64,000 nt of DNA from Gammaproteobacteria bacterium (GCA_027296625.1 JAPUIX010000183.1:61329-125328); one strand, 5' to 3'. Shown: positions 42,598 to 56,443, counted from the stretch's first letter. Numbers and translations are program-made. Notes: generated from the sequence alone by a model not told the origin.

Positions 42598-43757
42598 AGC
42601 ACCGCAGCCAAGGCATCAACCAGATGATCAACCTGGTCCTCGCTGTGCGCTGCGGAGAGTGTCACCCGCAAGCGTGCGGTCCCTTTCGGGACGCTCGGCG
42701 GGCGGATGGGGACAATGAGGATGCCACGCGCCTTGAGCGCCTCGCTTACCGCAACGGCCTTGCTTGGCTCGCCGAGAATAAGCGGTTGGATCGGCGTATC
42801 AGAACCGGTAAGCGGCAGGCCGCGTTCAGCCGCCTTCGTGGTGAAACGGCCAATCAAGGCCGAAAGGTGTTTCCGGCGTTCCGAGCCGGCACGCACCAGG
42901 CGGAGGCTCACTCGAATGGTCTCAGCCAACGCCGGCGGCAGGGCGGTGGTATAGACATAAGATCTCGCCGCCTGAATGAGGCTCTCAATCAGGACATGGG
43001 AGCCCGCGACGAAGGCCCCGAACACGCCAAATGCCTTGCCAAACGTCCCCATCAAGATCGGCACCGCCTCCATCCCGAGACCTACCACCTCGAGGCTGCC
43101 GGCACCAGTCTTCCCAAGCACACCCATGCCGTGGGCATCATCCACCATCAGCCACGCCCCATGGCGGGCACAGATGCGTGCAATCGCCGCTAGAGGGGCG
43201 CGGTCCCCATCCATACTGAACACCCCGTCAGTAAGTACTAACTTATTCTGTGAGGCGCTTTGCGCAAGGATCCTTTCAAGAGCTGCCACATCAACATGGG
43301 GATAACGCCGGAGCCGAGCCCGGGACAGGATAGCGGCATCGATGAGCGAAGCGTGGTTCAAGCGGTCCTCGACCACCCAATCCCCGCGCCCCGCAAGCGT
43401 CGAGACAACGCCAAGGTTTGCCATGTAGCCTGTTGAGAACACCAGGGCGCGCTCTCGGCCCGTAAAGGTCGCTAGCTCCGCTTCAAGTGCCTGATGGGAG
43501 CTGTTGTGACCACAGACAAGAGGCGACGCCCCGCTGCCAACACCGAACCGCGCCGCCCCGTCCGAGAGCGCTCGCTTCAGCGCCGGATCCCGGGCTAGGC
43601 CCAGGTAATCATTGCTACAAAAATTGACATAGCGGCGCCCTGCGATCGTGAGCTCGGCGCCCTGTGGGCCATCGTAGACTTGCCGGACACGCAGCAATCG
43701 CTGTTTTTTCCGCACCTTGAGTGCAGCACCCAAGGTATTGTCCAATGACGCAGACAC
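42594..43757 (-). CDS. bioF: 8-amino-7-oxononanoate synthase
   Basis: PLP-dependent class II aminotransferase fold (FSTGYMAN, DDAHGMGVLG, lysine in TFGKAFG). Confidence 0.9.
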   Translation of the reverse strand: MSASLDNTLGAALKVRKKQRLLRVRQVYDGPQGAELTIAGRRYVNFCSNDYLGLARDPALKRALSDGAARFGVGSGASPLVCGHNSSHQALEAELATFTGRERALVFSTGYMANLGVVSTLAGRGDWVVEDRLNHASLIDAAILSRARLRRYPHVDVAALERILAQSASQNKLVLTDGVFSMDGDRAPLAAIARICARHGAWLMVDDAHGMGVLGKTGAGSLEVVGLGMEAVPILMGTFGKAFGVFGAFVAGSHVLIESLIQAARSYVYTTALPPALAETIRVSLRLVRAGSERRKHLSALIGRFTTKAAERGLPLTGSDTPIQPLILGEPSKAVAVSEALKARGILIVPIRPPSVPKGTARLRVTLSAAHSEDQVDHLVDALAAVL

Positions 43758-43798
43758 CTCCGCCCACCTTCACGAGGATCGGGCGCAACGCGCATATG

Positions 43799-44857
43799 TC
43801 ACGGTAACGCCCTGAGTCCGAGGCGCTGAAACAGCAGCTGATCGCGCGCCACTTCCGGATTATCGGTCGTCAAGAGCTTGTCGCCGTAGAAGATGGAGTT
43901 TGCGCCGGCATAGAAACACAATGCCTGGGCCTCATCCGAGAGCTCCCTGCGCCCAGCAGAGAGGCGCACAACCGAGGCCGGCATCAGGGATCGGGCAACA
44001 GCAATCGTCCGCACAAGATCGAGCGGGTCCGTCAGACCGGTCGCCGCCAACGGGGTTCCCTCGACCCGTACCAGCAGATTGATCGGCACGCTTTCCGGAT
44101 GGCTGGGCAGATTAGCCAGCGTTGCCAAGAGGCCTGCCCGATCGTGCACGTCCTCGCCCATGCCAATAATGCCGCCACAACAGACGCGGATCCCGGCTTC
44201 ACGCACATGTTCAAGGGTCTTGAGCCTGTCCCCATAGGTCCGGGTAGTGATGATCGTCTCGTAGAACGTTGCTGAACTGTCAAGATTGTGATTATAAAAA
44301 TCGAGCCCGGCTGATTTGAGCCGTTTGGCTTGGTCTCGGCTAAGCATGCCCAGGGTTACACAGGTCTCAAGGCCCAGCGCCTTGACCGCCGCTACCATCG
44401 CTGACACCTGATCGAGATCCCGGTTCTTTGGACTGCGCCAGGCAGCCCCCATACAGAAGCGCGTCGCACCCTGGGCCTTGGCCCGCCTGGCGGCAGTCAG
44501 AACCTCGCTTAGGCCCATCAGGGGTGTGCCCTCAAGGCCCGTCCGGTAACGGATACTTTGCGGGCAATAGGCGCAGTCTTCGGGGCAGCCGCCGCTTTTA
44601 ATGTTCAAAAGGGTGCTCAATTGAATCGTATTGGGGTCAAAATGACGCCGGTGCAGCATCTGCGCATCAAAAAGGAGGTCGTTGAGGGGCCTTTGAAACA
44701 GCCGCAGGACCTCATCAAGGCCCCAATCGTGGCGTATTTCCCCCCAGTTCTCGCTGTTTTGGGCGCTCTGGCTCACATTCGGTGATTGACTTTGTTCCCA
44801 CTTCACAGCGTATCCGCCCGCCCCCGTCCTGCCCCACTTGCAGCACCCAAGTTCCAA
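43799..44857 (-). CDS. bioB: biotin synthase
   Basis: Radical-SAM [11 protein letters not shown] motif and the BioB C-terminal domain. The ORF has an about 40-aa N-terminal extension with no alternative ATG, so the true start may be GTG/TTG. Confidence 0.9.
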   Translation of the reverse strand: MELGCCKWGRTGAGGYAVKWEQSQSPNVSQSAQNSENWGEIRHDWGLDEVLRLFQRPLNDLLFDAQMLHRRHFDPNTIQLSTLLNIKSGGCPEDCAYCPQSIRYRTGLEGTPLMGLSEVLTAARRAKAQGATRFCMGAAWRSPKNRDLDQVSAMVAAVKALGLETCVTLGMLSRDQAKRLKSAGLDFYNHNLDSSATFYETIITTRTYGDRLKTLEHVREAGIRVCCGGIIGMGEDVHDRAGLLATLANLPSHPESVPINLLVRVEGTPLAATGLTDPLDLVRTIAVARSLMPASVVRLSAGRRELSDEAQALCFYAGANSIFYGDKLLTTDNPEVARDQLLFQRLGLRALP

Positions 44858-44931
44858 GGCTATCGTGTCTTAGGGCACGCTAGTGCCATGATAGCCAAGC
44901 CCCACGCTCTGTCAACCAGTCGACACGCTAT

Positions 44932-45636
44932 ATGGTTAACATCTGGCTCCGCCGCGCGGCCCGACATGTCCTGCCGCGACTGTGCCTCTTATGCGGGGCA
45001 CCGACTAACGGCCCCATGGGCTTTTGTCCTGGCTGCGTTGCCGATCTCCCTTTTGTGGGCACCGCGTGTCCACGATGTGCCCTGCCCTTGCCTGTGCCCG
45101 TGGCGTGCCCCAAGTGCACCAAGCGGCCGCCCCCCTTTCACGCCTGTTTCGCCCTTTTTTGTTATGCCTACCCCATCGATAGGCTGATCCAGCGCATGAA
45201 GTTCAAGGGACATTTGGCCATTGCCCGTGAATTTGGCGCACTCTTGGCCCATGGGGTGTCTACCCATCAAGCGTTAACACCCCAGTGCCTTGTGCCGGTC
45301 CCGCTGCACCGGGCACGTTTGACAGCGCGTGGCTTCAATCAGGCATTGGAAATCGCACGGCCCGTCGCCAAAGCCTTGTCGATACCACTGGACTTCACTT
45401 CTTGTATCCGCGCCCGCAATACGGCTGCGCAGACGGTCCTCCCGGCGAAGCAACGTGCCCGTAATGTCCGTGGGGCGTTTCGGGTGCGTAAACCGCTACC
45501 GTTCAAGCACGTGGCGATTGTCGATGACGTCATCACCACCGGGCACACCGCCGCGGCCCTGGCACGGGCATTACGTCGAACCGGGATTAAACAGGTTGAT
45601 TTATGGGTCTGCGCTCGCACGGTGCGCGACGCCTGA
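44932..45636 (+). CDS. comF: ComF-family phosphoribosyltransferase-domain protein
   Basis: N-terminal Cys-rich zinc ribbon (CLLCG...CPGC...CPRC...CPKC) and a C-terminal PRTase motif VAIVDDVITTGHT. Confidence 0.7.
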   Translation: MVNIWLRRAARHVLPRLCLLCGAPTNGPMGFCPGCVADLPFVGTACPRCALPLPVPVACPKCTKRPPPFHACFALFCYAYPIDRLIQRMKFKGHLAIAREFGALLAHGVSTHQALTPQCLVPVPLHRARLTARGFNQALEIARPVAKALSIPLDFTSCIRARNTAAQTVLPAKQRARNVRGAFRVRKPLPFKHVAIVDDVITTGHTAAALARALRRTGIKQVDLWVCARTVRDA

Positions 45637-45670
45637 GCGGGCCATACGCCCTTCATTGGCGGCTTAGATC

Positions 45671-48217
<2,547 letters not shown>

Positions 48218-48337
48218 CTACGACGGCCACCACGTTGTTGCCTCAATCTGGAGCCGCTCGCCCCGATGCGCCATTGGACCTTGCAAGGGACACCGTTGGA
48301 AACGGGGATACCGACGATGGCGACGGCCAGGACCCCG

Positions 48338-49438
48338 CTATAAACGCATGGGCATCACGACATATTGGCAGCTTGTGGAATCCTCCGGCAGGATGAGACA
48401 GCTGCTGTTGGGATCCGATACGGACAGACGTACCTTAGCGGTTTTGATCGCCGCAAGCGCATCCAGCAAATACGACACGTTAAAGCCAATTTCCATCTCC
48501 TCTCCGCCGTACTCCACCTCCATCTCCTCCTCCGCTTCTTCCTGCTCGGGATTATGCGCCAAGGCCCGCATGCTATTTGCCTGCAACAGCAACCGGATAC
48601 CACGGTACTTCTCATTGGATAAGATGGAGGCGCGTGTCAGGCCTTGACGCAAGACCGTCCGATCCCCCATGAGCACCTCATCCTGTAGCGCGGGTAACAC
48701 CCGCTGATAATCAGGGAAACGCCCGTCAATAAGCTTGGCCGTATAGCGTAGCTCAGCAAAGGTAATCTGAATATGGTTGCGTCCCACTGCCACAGCCACC
48801 TCCGTGTCACGGTCGTCTAACAAGCGCGCGAGTTCCAGTACGCCCTTGCGCGGGACGATGACCTGGAGCGGCTCCCCCACATCCACTCCAACGGGCGTAT
48901 CGCACAGCGCCAACCGGTGGCCATCCGTCGCCACGCCCCGGACTTGTCCGCTGCTTATCTCTAGCATCAGCCCATTGAGAAAATAACGAACGTCTTGATG
49001 CGCCATCGCAAAATGGGTGCTGCTGATGAGTTCCTTGAGGACATTCTGCGCAATCGTAAAGTGCACAATGGGCTCCTGAACCTCGGTTGCGGGAAATTCT
49101 TCCGCCGGCAAGGTAGCCAGCGTAAATCGACTCTTCCCTGATTGGATCACAGCGCGCCCCGTCACCACTTCAAATGCCACGGTTGCCTCATCCGGCAGCG
49201 CTCGACAGATATCGAGTAACTTGCGGGCTGGAACCGTAATCTCCCCTGGTGACTCAACCGGATGCTCAACCGTAGCAACCAACTCCACCTCCATATCGGT
49301 CGCTGTTAGCGATAGCGCATTATCTTGAGCAACCAACAACAGATTAGACAGAATGGGTAATGTCTGGCGACGTTCTACGACCCCATTTACCGTCTGCACT
49401 GGCGCGAATAGTTTTTCCCTTGGGATCGTAAATTTCAT
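48338..49438 (-). CDS. dnaN: DNA polymerase III beta sliding clamp
   Basis: Start assigned to MKFTIPREKLF (canonical DnaN N-terminus); the ORF-track start 49510 is an upstream in-frame Met inside AT-rich DNA. The C-terminus RLSVSDP...MPMRL is typical. Confidence 0.9.
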   Translation of the reverse strand: MKFTIPREKLFAPVQTVNGVVERRQTLPILSNLLLVAQDNALSLTATDMEVELVATVEHPVESPGEITVPARKLLDICRALPDEATVAFEVVTGRAVIQSGKSRFTLATLPAEEFPATEVQEPIVHFTIAQNVLKELISSTHFAMAHQDVRYFLNGLMLEISSGQVRGVATDGHRLALCDTPVGVDVGEPLQVIVPRKGVLELARLLDDRDTEVAVAVGRNHIQITFAELRYTAKLIDGRFPDYQRVLPALQDEVLMGDRTVLRQGLTRASILSNEKYRGIRLLLQANSMRALAHNPEQEEAEEEMEVEYGGEEMEIGFNVSYLLDALAAIKTAKVRLSVSDPNSSCLILPEDSTSCQYVVMPMRL

Positions 49439-49647
49439 TATTACTAGATCTATTTTATATAAGTTGAATATACTGTTGTTAGTTGCATTAATAATAAAGA
49501 TTACATACAAATTATCTTATAAAACAAATACATGACCTGTGGAAGATCTCGTGTGTTTCCCTGTGATCTGGGCCAAGAATCCTGTGGAAAAGTGGACAAT
49601 ACGCTAACCTTTTTATAAATAAAGTATTTATCCACAGAAAATCCACG
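49439..49647. other. candidate replication origin (DnaA-box cluster plus AT-rich unwinding element) in the dnaA-dnaN spacer
   Basis: The spacer is about 70% AT within a ~58% GC genome. It carries perfect TTATCCACA at 49628..49636 and TGTGGAAAA (1 mismatch, opposite orientation) at 49584..49592. TGTGGAAGA (2 mismatches) lies at 49548..49556. GATC sites are at 49447, 49555 and 49565. A long A/T tract (49452..49540) adjoins the dnaN start. Confidence 0.5.
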
Positions 49648-50994
49648 TTAAGCTGTGAGTATTCTACCCAAATTAACGTAGTCTTCATTGATGCGTTGTT
49701 CTGTGGTTCTCAGATCAGCAATCTTTCGGCAGGCATGCAGGACGGTTGTATGGTCTCGTCCCCCAAAGGCGTCCCCAATCTCGGGCAAACTGTGCGAGGT
49801 GAGTTCCTTGGAGAGCGCCATGGCCACCTGACGCGGACGGGCCACTGAACGGCTGCGGCGTTTCGACAAAAGCTCGGCAACTCGGATCTTGTAATACTCC
49901 GCCACGGTCTTCTGAATATTTTCAATCGTGACCTGCTTTTCTTGCAGGACCAACAGATCCCGGAGGGCCTCGTTGGCAAACTCCAATGTGAAGGGCTTGC
50001 CCGTTAGCCGAGCATTGGCGACGACTCTGTTTAATGCACCTTCAAGCTCGCGGACGTTAGAGCGAAAGCGTTTCGCGATGAAAAAGGCCACTTCATCAGG
50101 CAGCGCGATATGGGCCTGGCTGGCCTTGCTCTTCAAGATGGCCACCCGTGTTTCCAGCTCCGGCGGCTCGATTGCCACAGTCAATCCCCATCCCAAGCGG
50201 GATTTCAATCGCTCTTCAAGGCCCGATACCTCTTTAGGGTATCGATCGCAGGTCAAAATGATCTGATGTTGACCCTCGAGTAGTGCGTTAAAGGTATGAA
50301 AAAACTCTTCCTGCGAGCGTTCCTTGCCCGCGAAAAATTGAATGTCATCAATCAACAAGGCATCAACGGACCGGTAATAGCGCTTGAACTTATTCATCGC
50401 ATTGTGCTGAAGCGCCCTGACCATGTCTGCAACGAAGCGTTCCGAGTGTAAGTACGTGACCGTAGCACTTCCGTTACGCTGCATGATCACACTGCCGATG
50501 GCGTGCATGAGATGTGTCTTGCCTAAACCGACCCCACCATAGATGAATAATGGGTTATAGGCGTCCCCAGGATTTTCAGCAACTTGGAGCGAGGCAGCTC
50601 GCGCGAGCTGATTGGACTTTCCTTCGACAAAATTTTCAAAGGTGAAATGACGATTCAGGCCTGTGACGTTTCGTCGTTCATTACGCCTTTTGAGCTCAGT
50701 CGTTGTCGTGAGCGAGGGGTCGGCCTGATATACTCGTGGCGCTTTCGGTGTCCGGCTGCCGACCTCGATGCGTACGTTATAACCGCCGCCGTCTTGTGTC
50801 TGGCCGAGAAGCTCTTTGATTCGTGAAAAATATTGTTCATTGACCCAGTCTAAAACGAAGCGATTGGGAGCCAATAGGCGTAAAACGCCACCGTCGTCAA
50901 TGGCGTGGAGTGGACGAATCCAGGTATTAAATTGTTGTGGCGAGAGTTCTCCTTCCAAGCGTTCGAGACATTGCTGCCACAATGAGACCCCCAC
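49648..50994 (-). CDS. dnaA: chromosomal replication initiator protein DnaA
   Basis: N-terminus [20 protein letters not shown]+ Walker [11 protein letters not shown], and the C-terminal DnaA-box-binding domain. Confidence 0.95.
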   Translation of the reverse strand: MGVSLWQQCLERLEGELSPQQFNTWIRPLHAIDDGGVLRLLAPNRFVLDWVNEQYFSRIKELLGQTQDGGGYNVRIEVGSRTPKAPRVYQADPSLTTTTELKRRNERRNVTGLNRHFTFENFVEGKSNQLARAASLQVAENPGDAYNPLFIYGGVGLGKTHLMHAIGSVIMQRNGSATVTYLHSERFVADMVRALQHNAMNKFKRYYRSVDALLIDDIQFFAGKERSQEEFFHTFNALLEGQHQIILTCDRYPKEVSGLEERLKSRLGWGLTVAIEPPELETRVAILKSKASQAHIALPDEVAFFIAKRFRSNVRELEGALNRVVANARLTGKPFTLEFANEALRDLLVLQEKQVTIENIQKTVAEYYKIRVAELLSKRRSRSVARPRQVAMALSKELTSHSLPEIGDAFGGRDHTTVLHACRKIADLRTTEQRINEDYVNLGRILTA

Positions 50995-51059
50995 AATTTA
51001 ACCCCCTGGATTGAAAGGACGCCGGAAGAGTGGGAGAAGTTTATACCCGATGCGGCCAC

Positions 51060-51068
51060 TTATCCACA
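51060..51068 (+). promoter_or_regulatory. consensus DnaA box TTATCCACA in the rpmH-dnaA divergent promoter region
   Basis: Perfect 9-mer. A TTGACA hexamer at 51101..51106 is a candidate rpmH -35 element. Confidence 0.5.
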
Positions 51069-51181
51069 CCCAGTTTTCGATTTTTCTCACAGCCGGAATG
51101 TTGACAATTGATTTTAATGACGATTAACATTCACTGCTTTTATTTCTGGTTATTTTCATTCGACCATATCAGTCTTTAGCC

Positions 51182-51316
51182 ATGAAGCGGACCTTCCAGC
51201 CGAGCAGAATCAAGCGAAAACGTCGACATGGTTTTCGTGCAAGAATGAGCACGAAAGCTGGCCGACTGGTCCTCAAAGCGCGCAGAGCTAAGGGACGGAA
51301 GAGGCTTAGCGCGTAG
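51182..51316 (+). CDS. rpmH: 50S ribosomal protein L34
   Basis: Hand-translated [44 protein letters not shown] (44 aa); a canonical L34. It is not in the ORF track. Confidence 0.9.
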   Translation: MKRTFQPSRIKRKRRHGFRARMSTKAGRLVLKARRAKGRKRLSA

Positions 51317-51327
51317 AATATCCCGTT

Positions 51328-51690
51328 GTGGATCGGAGAGTTCGATGCTTTGGGAAGGAGGCAAGACTTTCTCGCCCAAAGGACTATCAACGCGTCTTTG
51401 AATCAGCTTGTCGTTCGGTTGATGGATGTCTCATTGTGTTGGCCAGGGAAAATGGCCTTGATCATGCGCGTCTGGGCTTTGCCATTTCTCGAAGCCATAT
51501 CAAAACGGCAGTAAACCGTAACCGCATCAAACGTCTTGTGCGGGAGAGTTTCCGCAATCACCAGGCTGAGTTGCGTGGACTGGATGTTGTAGTTATTGCG
51601 CGTAAGTCGACAGCGGGGTTTACTAAACAGTCACTGTTATCATCCCTGTCACATCACTGGCAAAGGCTAGTTCCATGCAAAGATTCCTGA
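51328..51690 (+). CDS. rnpA: ribonuclease P protein component
   Basis: 120-aa basic protein with the RNR motif ([11 protein letters not shown]) immediately after rpmH. Confidence 0.85.
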   Translation: MDRRVRCFGKEARLSRPKDYQRVFESACRSVDGCLIVLARENGLDHARLGFAISRSHIKTAVNRNRIKRLVRESFRNHQAELRGLDVVVIARKSTAGFTKQSLLSSLSHHWQRLVPCKDS

Positions 51691-51917
51691 TCGGCCTCAT
51701 TCGGCTGTATTCGTATTCTCTAAGTCCCTTTCTTGGCGCGCGTTGTCGCTTCTATCCTACCTGCTCGTCGTATGCGAGAGTGGCGATCGAACAACATGGG
51801 CCCTTAGGGGGAGCATGGCTTGCTATCCGCCGGTTGTGTGCATGCCATCCTTTTCATCCCGGTGGTTATGATCCGGTACCAACAACAGCGGTCAATCACC
51901 TCGATGGACACCACTAG
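51675..51917 (+). CDS. yidD: membrane protein insertion efficiency factor YidD
   Basis: YidD motif [10 protein letters not shown]. It overlaps rnpA and yidC. Confidence 0.8.
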   Translation: MQRFLIGLIRLYSYSLSPFLGARCRFYPTCSSYARVAIEQHGPLGGAWLAIRRLCACHPFHPGGYDPVPTTAVNHLDGHH

Positions 51918-53553
51918 GTTAATTCTCGTTGTTTCCTTAGGACTTGTCTCGCTGTTGATCTGGCAGGCTTGGCAGCAAGAGTATGGAATAGCTCCCTCGG
52001 GACGCGAAGCGCCAGTCGCGAGCCCGGAGGCGGTCGAAGGACCAGCCGATGTGCCAACCGTGGTTTCAGAGGAGCAACCGGAGAGTCCTGAAGCGCTCCA
52101 GGAAACCGTTCAAAGTCCACTTGAAAGTGCTCAGCGTATTTATGTTCACACCGACGTTCTGGACGTAGAGATCGATACCCGAGGGGGGGATATCCGCACC
52201 GCAAAACTCTTGAAGTACCCCGTCTCGGTGAAACAGCCTGATGAACCGTTCCAATTGTTGAACGATACGCCCCCAATGATCTTTCTCGTGCAGGGCGGGT
52301 TTCGTACCCATGATCCAGCTCCCACCCATCACGCTGTCTATCAGGTGGCTGAGACAGAGTATCGTCTTGAAGAAGGCAGCGACGAGATACGTATCCCTCT
52401 GACCTGGCATTCCGAAAATGGCCTGTCGGTTACAAAGGTGTATACCTTTCAGCGTGGCAGTTACTTGATTGATATGTCCTATGAGGTGGATAACCGTACA
52501 CAGAAACCATGGAGAGGCCACCTCTACGGCCAGCTGCAACGCAATGAAAGCGATAATGGTAATTCAAGATTCATCTACACATACACAGGCGCGGCCATCT
52601 CAAGTCCAGACAACCGCTACGAAAAGATCAAATTTAAGGCAATGGAGGAGCAGAACTTAAGTCGTAATATCAAAGATGGCTGGATTGCCATGTTGCAACA
52701 TTATTTTGTCGCCGCCCTGATACCAGATCCTGGTAGAGAATACCATTATTACACTTTGGCACTTGGGGACGGTCGCTACATTGCGGGATTGTATGGTCCT
52801 GAACAAGCGATTGCACCCAACGGGCGAGGAACTTTTCAGCTTAGGGTATATGTAGGGCCTAAGATTCAGAAAACGCTTGCGGCGATCGCTCCCGATTTGG
52901 ATTTGACGGTCGACTATGGTTGGTTGTGGTTTATTGGTCAGCTGTTGTTTTGGTTATTGGAAAAGCTGTTTGTAATTACTGGCAACTGGGGTTGGGCGAT
53001 TGTGCTCGTTACGATCGTCATAAAAGCACTATTTTTCCCGCTTTCCGCGGCAAGTTATCGTTCCATGGCAAATATGCGACGGGTCCAACCACGGATGATG
53101 GCGGTAAGGGAACGCTTTGGGAATGACCGAGCGCGCATGAATCAGGCGATGATGGAATTGTATAAGGAGGAAAAGATCAATCCACTCGGCGGATGTTTGC
53201 CAATCGTCGTGCAGATTCCAGTGTTTATTGCACTATATTGGGTGTTACTCGAAAGTGTGGAGCTGCGCCAGGCTGACTTCATGTTATGGATTCATGACTT
53301 ATCAACGCGTGATCCGTACTTTGTGTTGCCGCTCTTGATGGGTGTCAGCATGTTTTTGCAACAGAAGCTTAATCCTGCTCCGATCGATCCTGTGCAAGCG
53401 AAAGTAATGCAGTTGATGCCAGTCATCTTCACGTTTTTTTTCGCGTTTTTTCCCGCCGGATTGGTCCTTTACTGGCTGGTTAATAACATTCTATCGATCG
53501 CCCAGCAGTGGCTGATTACACGGAGGATTGCGCAAGTGGGCCAACATGCTTAG
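51904..53553 (+). CDS. yidC: membrane protein insertase YidC
   Basis: Start assigned to [14 protein letters not shown] (TM1). It has a large periplasmic domain and a conserved C-terminal five-TM core. Confidence 0.9.
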   Translation: MDTTRLILVVSLGLVSLLIWQAWQQEYGIAPSGREAPVASPEAVEGPADVPTVVSEEQPESPEALQETVQSPLESAQRIYVHTDVLDVEIDTRGGDIRTAKLLKYPVSVKQPDEPFQLLNDTPPMIFLVQGGFRTHDPAPTHHAVYQVAETEYRLEEGSDEIRIPLTWHSENGLSVTKVYTFQRGSYLIDMSYEVDNRTQKPWRGHLYGQLQRNESDNGNSRFIYTYTGAAISSPDNRYEKIKFKAMEEQNLSRNIKDGWIAMLQHYFVAALIPDPGREYHYYTLALGDGRYIAGLYGPEQAIAPNGRGTFQLRVYVGPKIQKTLAAIAPDLDLTVDYGWLWFIGQLLFWLLEKLFVITGNWGWAIVLVTIVIKALFFPLSAASYRSMANMRRVQPRMMAVRERFGNDRARMNQAMMELYKEEKINPLGGCLPIVVQIPVFIALYWVLLESVELRQADFMLWIHDLSTRDPYFVLPLLMGVSMFLQQKLNPAPIDPVQAKVMQLMPVIFTFFFAFFPAGLVLYWLVNNILSIAQQWLITRRIAQVGQHA

Positions 53554-53584
53554 CTGCACACGATCACCGATCGCCTCGTCAAAC

Positions 53585-54937
53585 ATGGCCCTAGCTCCTG
53601 ACACGATTGCGGCAGTGGCGACGCCACCGGGCCGAGGCGGGATTGGGATTGTACGGGTCTCTGGGCCGCTGGTTGCAACGATTGCACGCTCGCTCGTTGG
53701 GTGCGAAATCGTACCTCGGCAGGCCGCGTTCTGTGCATTTAAGGATGGTCAGGGGGAGGTGATCGACCGTGGCATCGCGCTGTTCTTCCCCGGGCCAAAA
53801 TCCTTTACTGGGGAAGACACCCTGGAGGTGCAGGGACATGGGGGTCCTGTGGTGATGGATATGTTGCTGCAGCGGACGCTGGAGCTCGGTGCCCGAGTGG
53901 CCCGTCCAGGTGAGTTCTCGGAACGGGCGTTCCTCAATGGTAAAGTGGATTTGACGCAAGCCGAAGCGATCGCTGATCTCATTGACAGTGCCTCTCAGCA
54001 GGCTGCTCGATGTGCAATGCGTTCACTTGAAGGTGGATTTTCAAGTAAGACGAAAGAGTTAGTTAATTTGTTGGTGGACTTGCGCACGTATATCGAAGGC
54101 GCATTGGACTTTCCTGAAGAAGAGATCGATTTTCTTGAAGATTCGCAGATCCAAAAACGTTTGCGTTCATTTATAAGCCGGGCCGATCGCCTCTACAGGG
54201 AGGCCGAGCAGGGTTGCCTACTTCGGGAAGGGATGCGGATTGCCATCATCGGCCGACCAAACGTGGGCAAGTCAAGCTTGTTAAATCGTCTTGCCGATCG
54301 GGACTCTGCCATCGTCACCCCAGTGCCTGGCACAACGCGGGACATCATCTCCGAGGAAATTCTGATTGACGGATTGCCGATCCGTGTCGCGGATACGGCA
54401 GGATTGCGCGTGGCGAGAGACGTGGTGGAAGAGGAAGGAATACGGCGCACCTGGCAAGCCGTGGAGCGCGCCGATCGTATTCTGTTTGTCGTGCAATCAG
54501 GGAACGGGATAGAAGGGGAAGATCAGAAACTCCTTCATCGCTTCCAGAAAAGTGGCGGCGTTACAATCGTGCACAACAAGATCGATCTGACAGAAGCACA
54601 ACCCGGGGTCGAGGAACGCAATCAAGTTTTAAATGTCTATGTCTCGGCGAAAACCGGCGAAGGCATCGACTTATTACGGGGGCACCTCAAGGCCTGTGTG
54701 GGCTACAAGCCTGTGAGCGAAGGGGGTTTTATGGCGCGGCGGCGCCATTTAGAGGCGCTGGGCCGAGCGCGGGCGCTTGTTCAAAGGGGTCTCGATCAGC
54801 TAACGGCACATCGTGCAGGCGAGCTGCTCGCGGAAGATCTCCGTCTTGCACAGCAGGCGTTTGGGGAAATCACCGGGGAGGTGACGTCGGACGATCTGCT
54901 GGGGGCGATCTTTTCCCGCTTTTGCGTTGGCAAGTAG
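53585..54937 (+). CDS. mnmE: tRNA modification GTPase MnmE
   Basis: Start assigned to MALAPDTIAAVATPPG. G-domain motifs GRPNVGKSS and DTAGLR, and the C-terminal CVGK tetrapeptide. Confidence 0.9.
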   Translation: MALAPDTIAAVATPPGRGGIGIVRVSGPLVATIARSLVGCEIVPRQAAFCAFKDGQGEVIDRGIALFFPGPKSFTGEDTLEVQGHGGPVVMDMLLQRTLELGARVARPGEFSERAFLNGKVDLTQAEAIADLIDSASQQAARCAMRSLEGGFSSKTKELVNLLVDLRTYIEGALDFPEEEIDFLEDSQIQKRLRSFISRADRLYREAEQGCLLREGMRIAIIGRPNVGKSSLLNRLADRDSAIVTPVPGTTRDIISEEILIDGLPIRVADTAGLRVARDVVEEEGIRRTWQAVERADRILFVVQSGNGIEGEDQKLLHRFQKSGGVTIVHNKIDLTEAQPGVEERNQVLNVYVSAKTGEGIDLLRGHLKACVGYKPVSEGGFMARRRHLEALGRARALVQRGLDQLTAHRAGELLAEDLRLAQQAFGEITGEVTSDDLLGAIFSRFCVGK

Positions 54938-54981
54938 GCGAGCACGCGGGGTCGTGGAAGGTCGTTAGGGGCGGAATCGTT

Positions 54982-56016
54982 TCAATTTGTGTCATCCAGC
55001 GCGTCAAGCACCTGGGTAGGCGTGAGATCACGGAGGCATTTCAAGTGGCCAAGGGGACAAATGCGCTCAAAACAAGGGCTGCATTCCACTGCGAGATACA
55101 GTATTTTGGCATCTGAATGAAGCGGTGGTGTGTAACGGGGTGTGGAGGAGCCGAAGATCGCGACGACCTTGCGGCCAAGGCTCGCGGCGATATGCATGAG
55201 CCCCGTATCGTTGGTGACCACCGCATCGGTGAGTGACATCAGATCGATGGACTCGGCAAGGGTTGTGCGGCCGGTTAAGTCCAGGCATCGATCACGCGTC
55301 AGCGCCTGGATCTCCCCCGCGATGGCCGTGTCTTTGTTGGAGCCGAACAGCCAGACTTGCCACCCTGCTTTGAGCTTGGCGTTGGCAACGTCCGCAAAAT
55401 AGGGGGCGGGCCAACGCTTTGCGGGGCCATATTCCGCCCCTGGGCATAGGCCGAGGGCCGGCGAAGCGGGGATCGCAAGCCCCAGGCGGGCCAATGCAGC
55501 TCGGGCGGCCTCTGGAGATGCTGCAAGGCGTGGATAGGGGATTGTGGCGGGCAGCGTCTCCCCCGGATCGAGCCCCAAGGCGACATAGCGGTCGACGGTT
55601 CGGGGCAGGGCGTGTGGGGCGAGGGTTCGAATGTCGTTCAAAAGCCCGTAGCGCATCTCCCCCAGGAACCCAGTCCGCTGCTGTGCCCGGGCGGCGAAGG
55701 GGACCAGGGCGGATTTAAAGGTGCGCGACAGAATGATGGCACGTGCGTAACGACGTGGACGCAGCGCCCGGCCAAGTCGCCAGCGTGTTGCCCATCCGAT
55801 CTCCCCGTGATCAAGCGGCAGCAAAAGGGCTTCGTTGACCTCCGGCATCCGCGCAAGCAAGGGTTCTGTCCAAGCGGGGGCAACCACATCAATGAATACG
55901 TGGTCACGGCGCTGCTTTAAGAGCTTGAACAGGCTCTGGGCCATCACCATATCGCCGATCCACGCTGGGCCGACGACCAAAATCTTGTAGGGTTTTGCTT
56001 CGTTTTTTGGGTTCAT
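54982..56016 (-). CDS. waaF: ADP-heptose:LPS heptosyltransferase II
   Basis: GT9 family (KILVVGPAWIGDMVMAQ, NDTGLMHIAASLG). The start is taken at MNPKNEAKPYKIL. Confidence 0.8.
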   Translation of the reverse strand: MNPKNEAKPYKILVVGPAWIGDMVMAQSLFKLLKQRRDHVFIDVVAPAWTEPLLARMPEVNEALLLPLDHGEIGWATRWRLGRALRPRRYARAIILSRTFKSALVPFAARAQQRTGFLGEMRYGLLNDIRTLAPHALPRTVDRYVALGLDPGETLPATIPYPRLAASPEAARAALARLGLAIPASPALGLCPGAEYGPAKRWPAPYFADVANAKLKAGWQVWLFGSNKDTAIAGEIQALTRDRCLDLTGRTTLAESIDLMSLTDAVVTNDTGLMHIAASLGRKVVAIFGSSTPRYTPPLHSDAKILYLAVECSPCFERICPLGHLKCLRDLTPTQVLDALDDTN

Positions 56017-56194
56017 GGGCCTGTAGGAAATGATGCCCAGCACCGCCGGACTTTAATATGTAACCGGGAGGGACGCCAGTGCAGTCCGCGGTAGGGTTAT
56101 ATTGCCAAACGTGGATCAGATCCTAGACTACGCTGAGCATCATCCGGCCCTTGGACGTTTTGGTGGTTAGTCGTACTCGCTTGAGATGACGTCC

Positions 56195-56443
56195 TCACCC
56201 TTCGTCGCTCAGGAGGAAATCGGCACCGCAATAGGGACATTTGGCTCGCCCGGTTGCCTCGATGGGCAGGTAGACACGCGGGTGTGAGTTCCACAAGCTC
56301 ATGGTGGGCAGCGGGCAGTGCAAGGGAAGGTCTTGTCGAGTGACTTCGTAACAGCGTTTGTCATTTGGGACGCCCTCTTGGAGAGGCGGGTTTGCGGGCA
56401 CTTTTGACATGGCAACGTTGTGTCGTGGTGCCTTATCGGTCAA
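56195..56443 (-). CDS. zinc-finger (zf-CHCC-like) small protein
   Basis: 82-aa ORF with LHCPLP...KCPYCG Cys/His ligands. It overlaps the ilvE stop by 11 nt. Confidence 0.45.
   Translation of the reverse strand: MTDKAPRHNVAMSKVPANPPLQEGVPNDKRCYEVTRQDLPLHCPLPTMSLWNSHPRVYLPIEATGRAKCPYCGADFLLSDEG

Noticed and set aside
42624-43305. Plus-strand ORFs of 189 aa and 109 aa within bioF
   Set aside because: They are antisense to bioF (PLP lysine motif present) and have no features.
43799-44857. N-terminal ~40-aa extension on bioB as a novel domain
   Set aside because: The extension is low-complexity and has no alternative ATG. It is most likely upstream read-through with a GTG/TTG start closer to the conserved [10 protein letters not shown] region.
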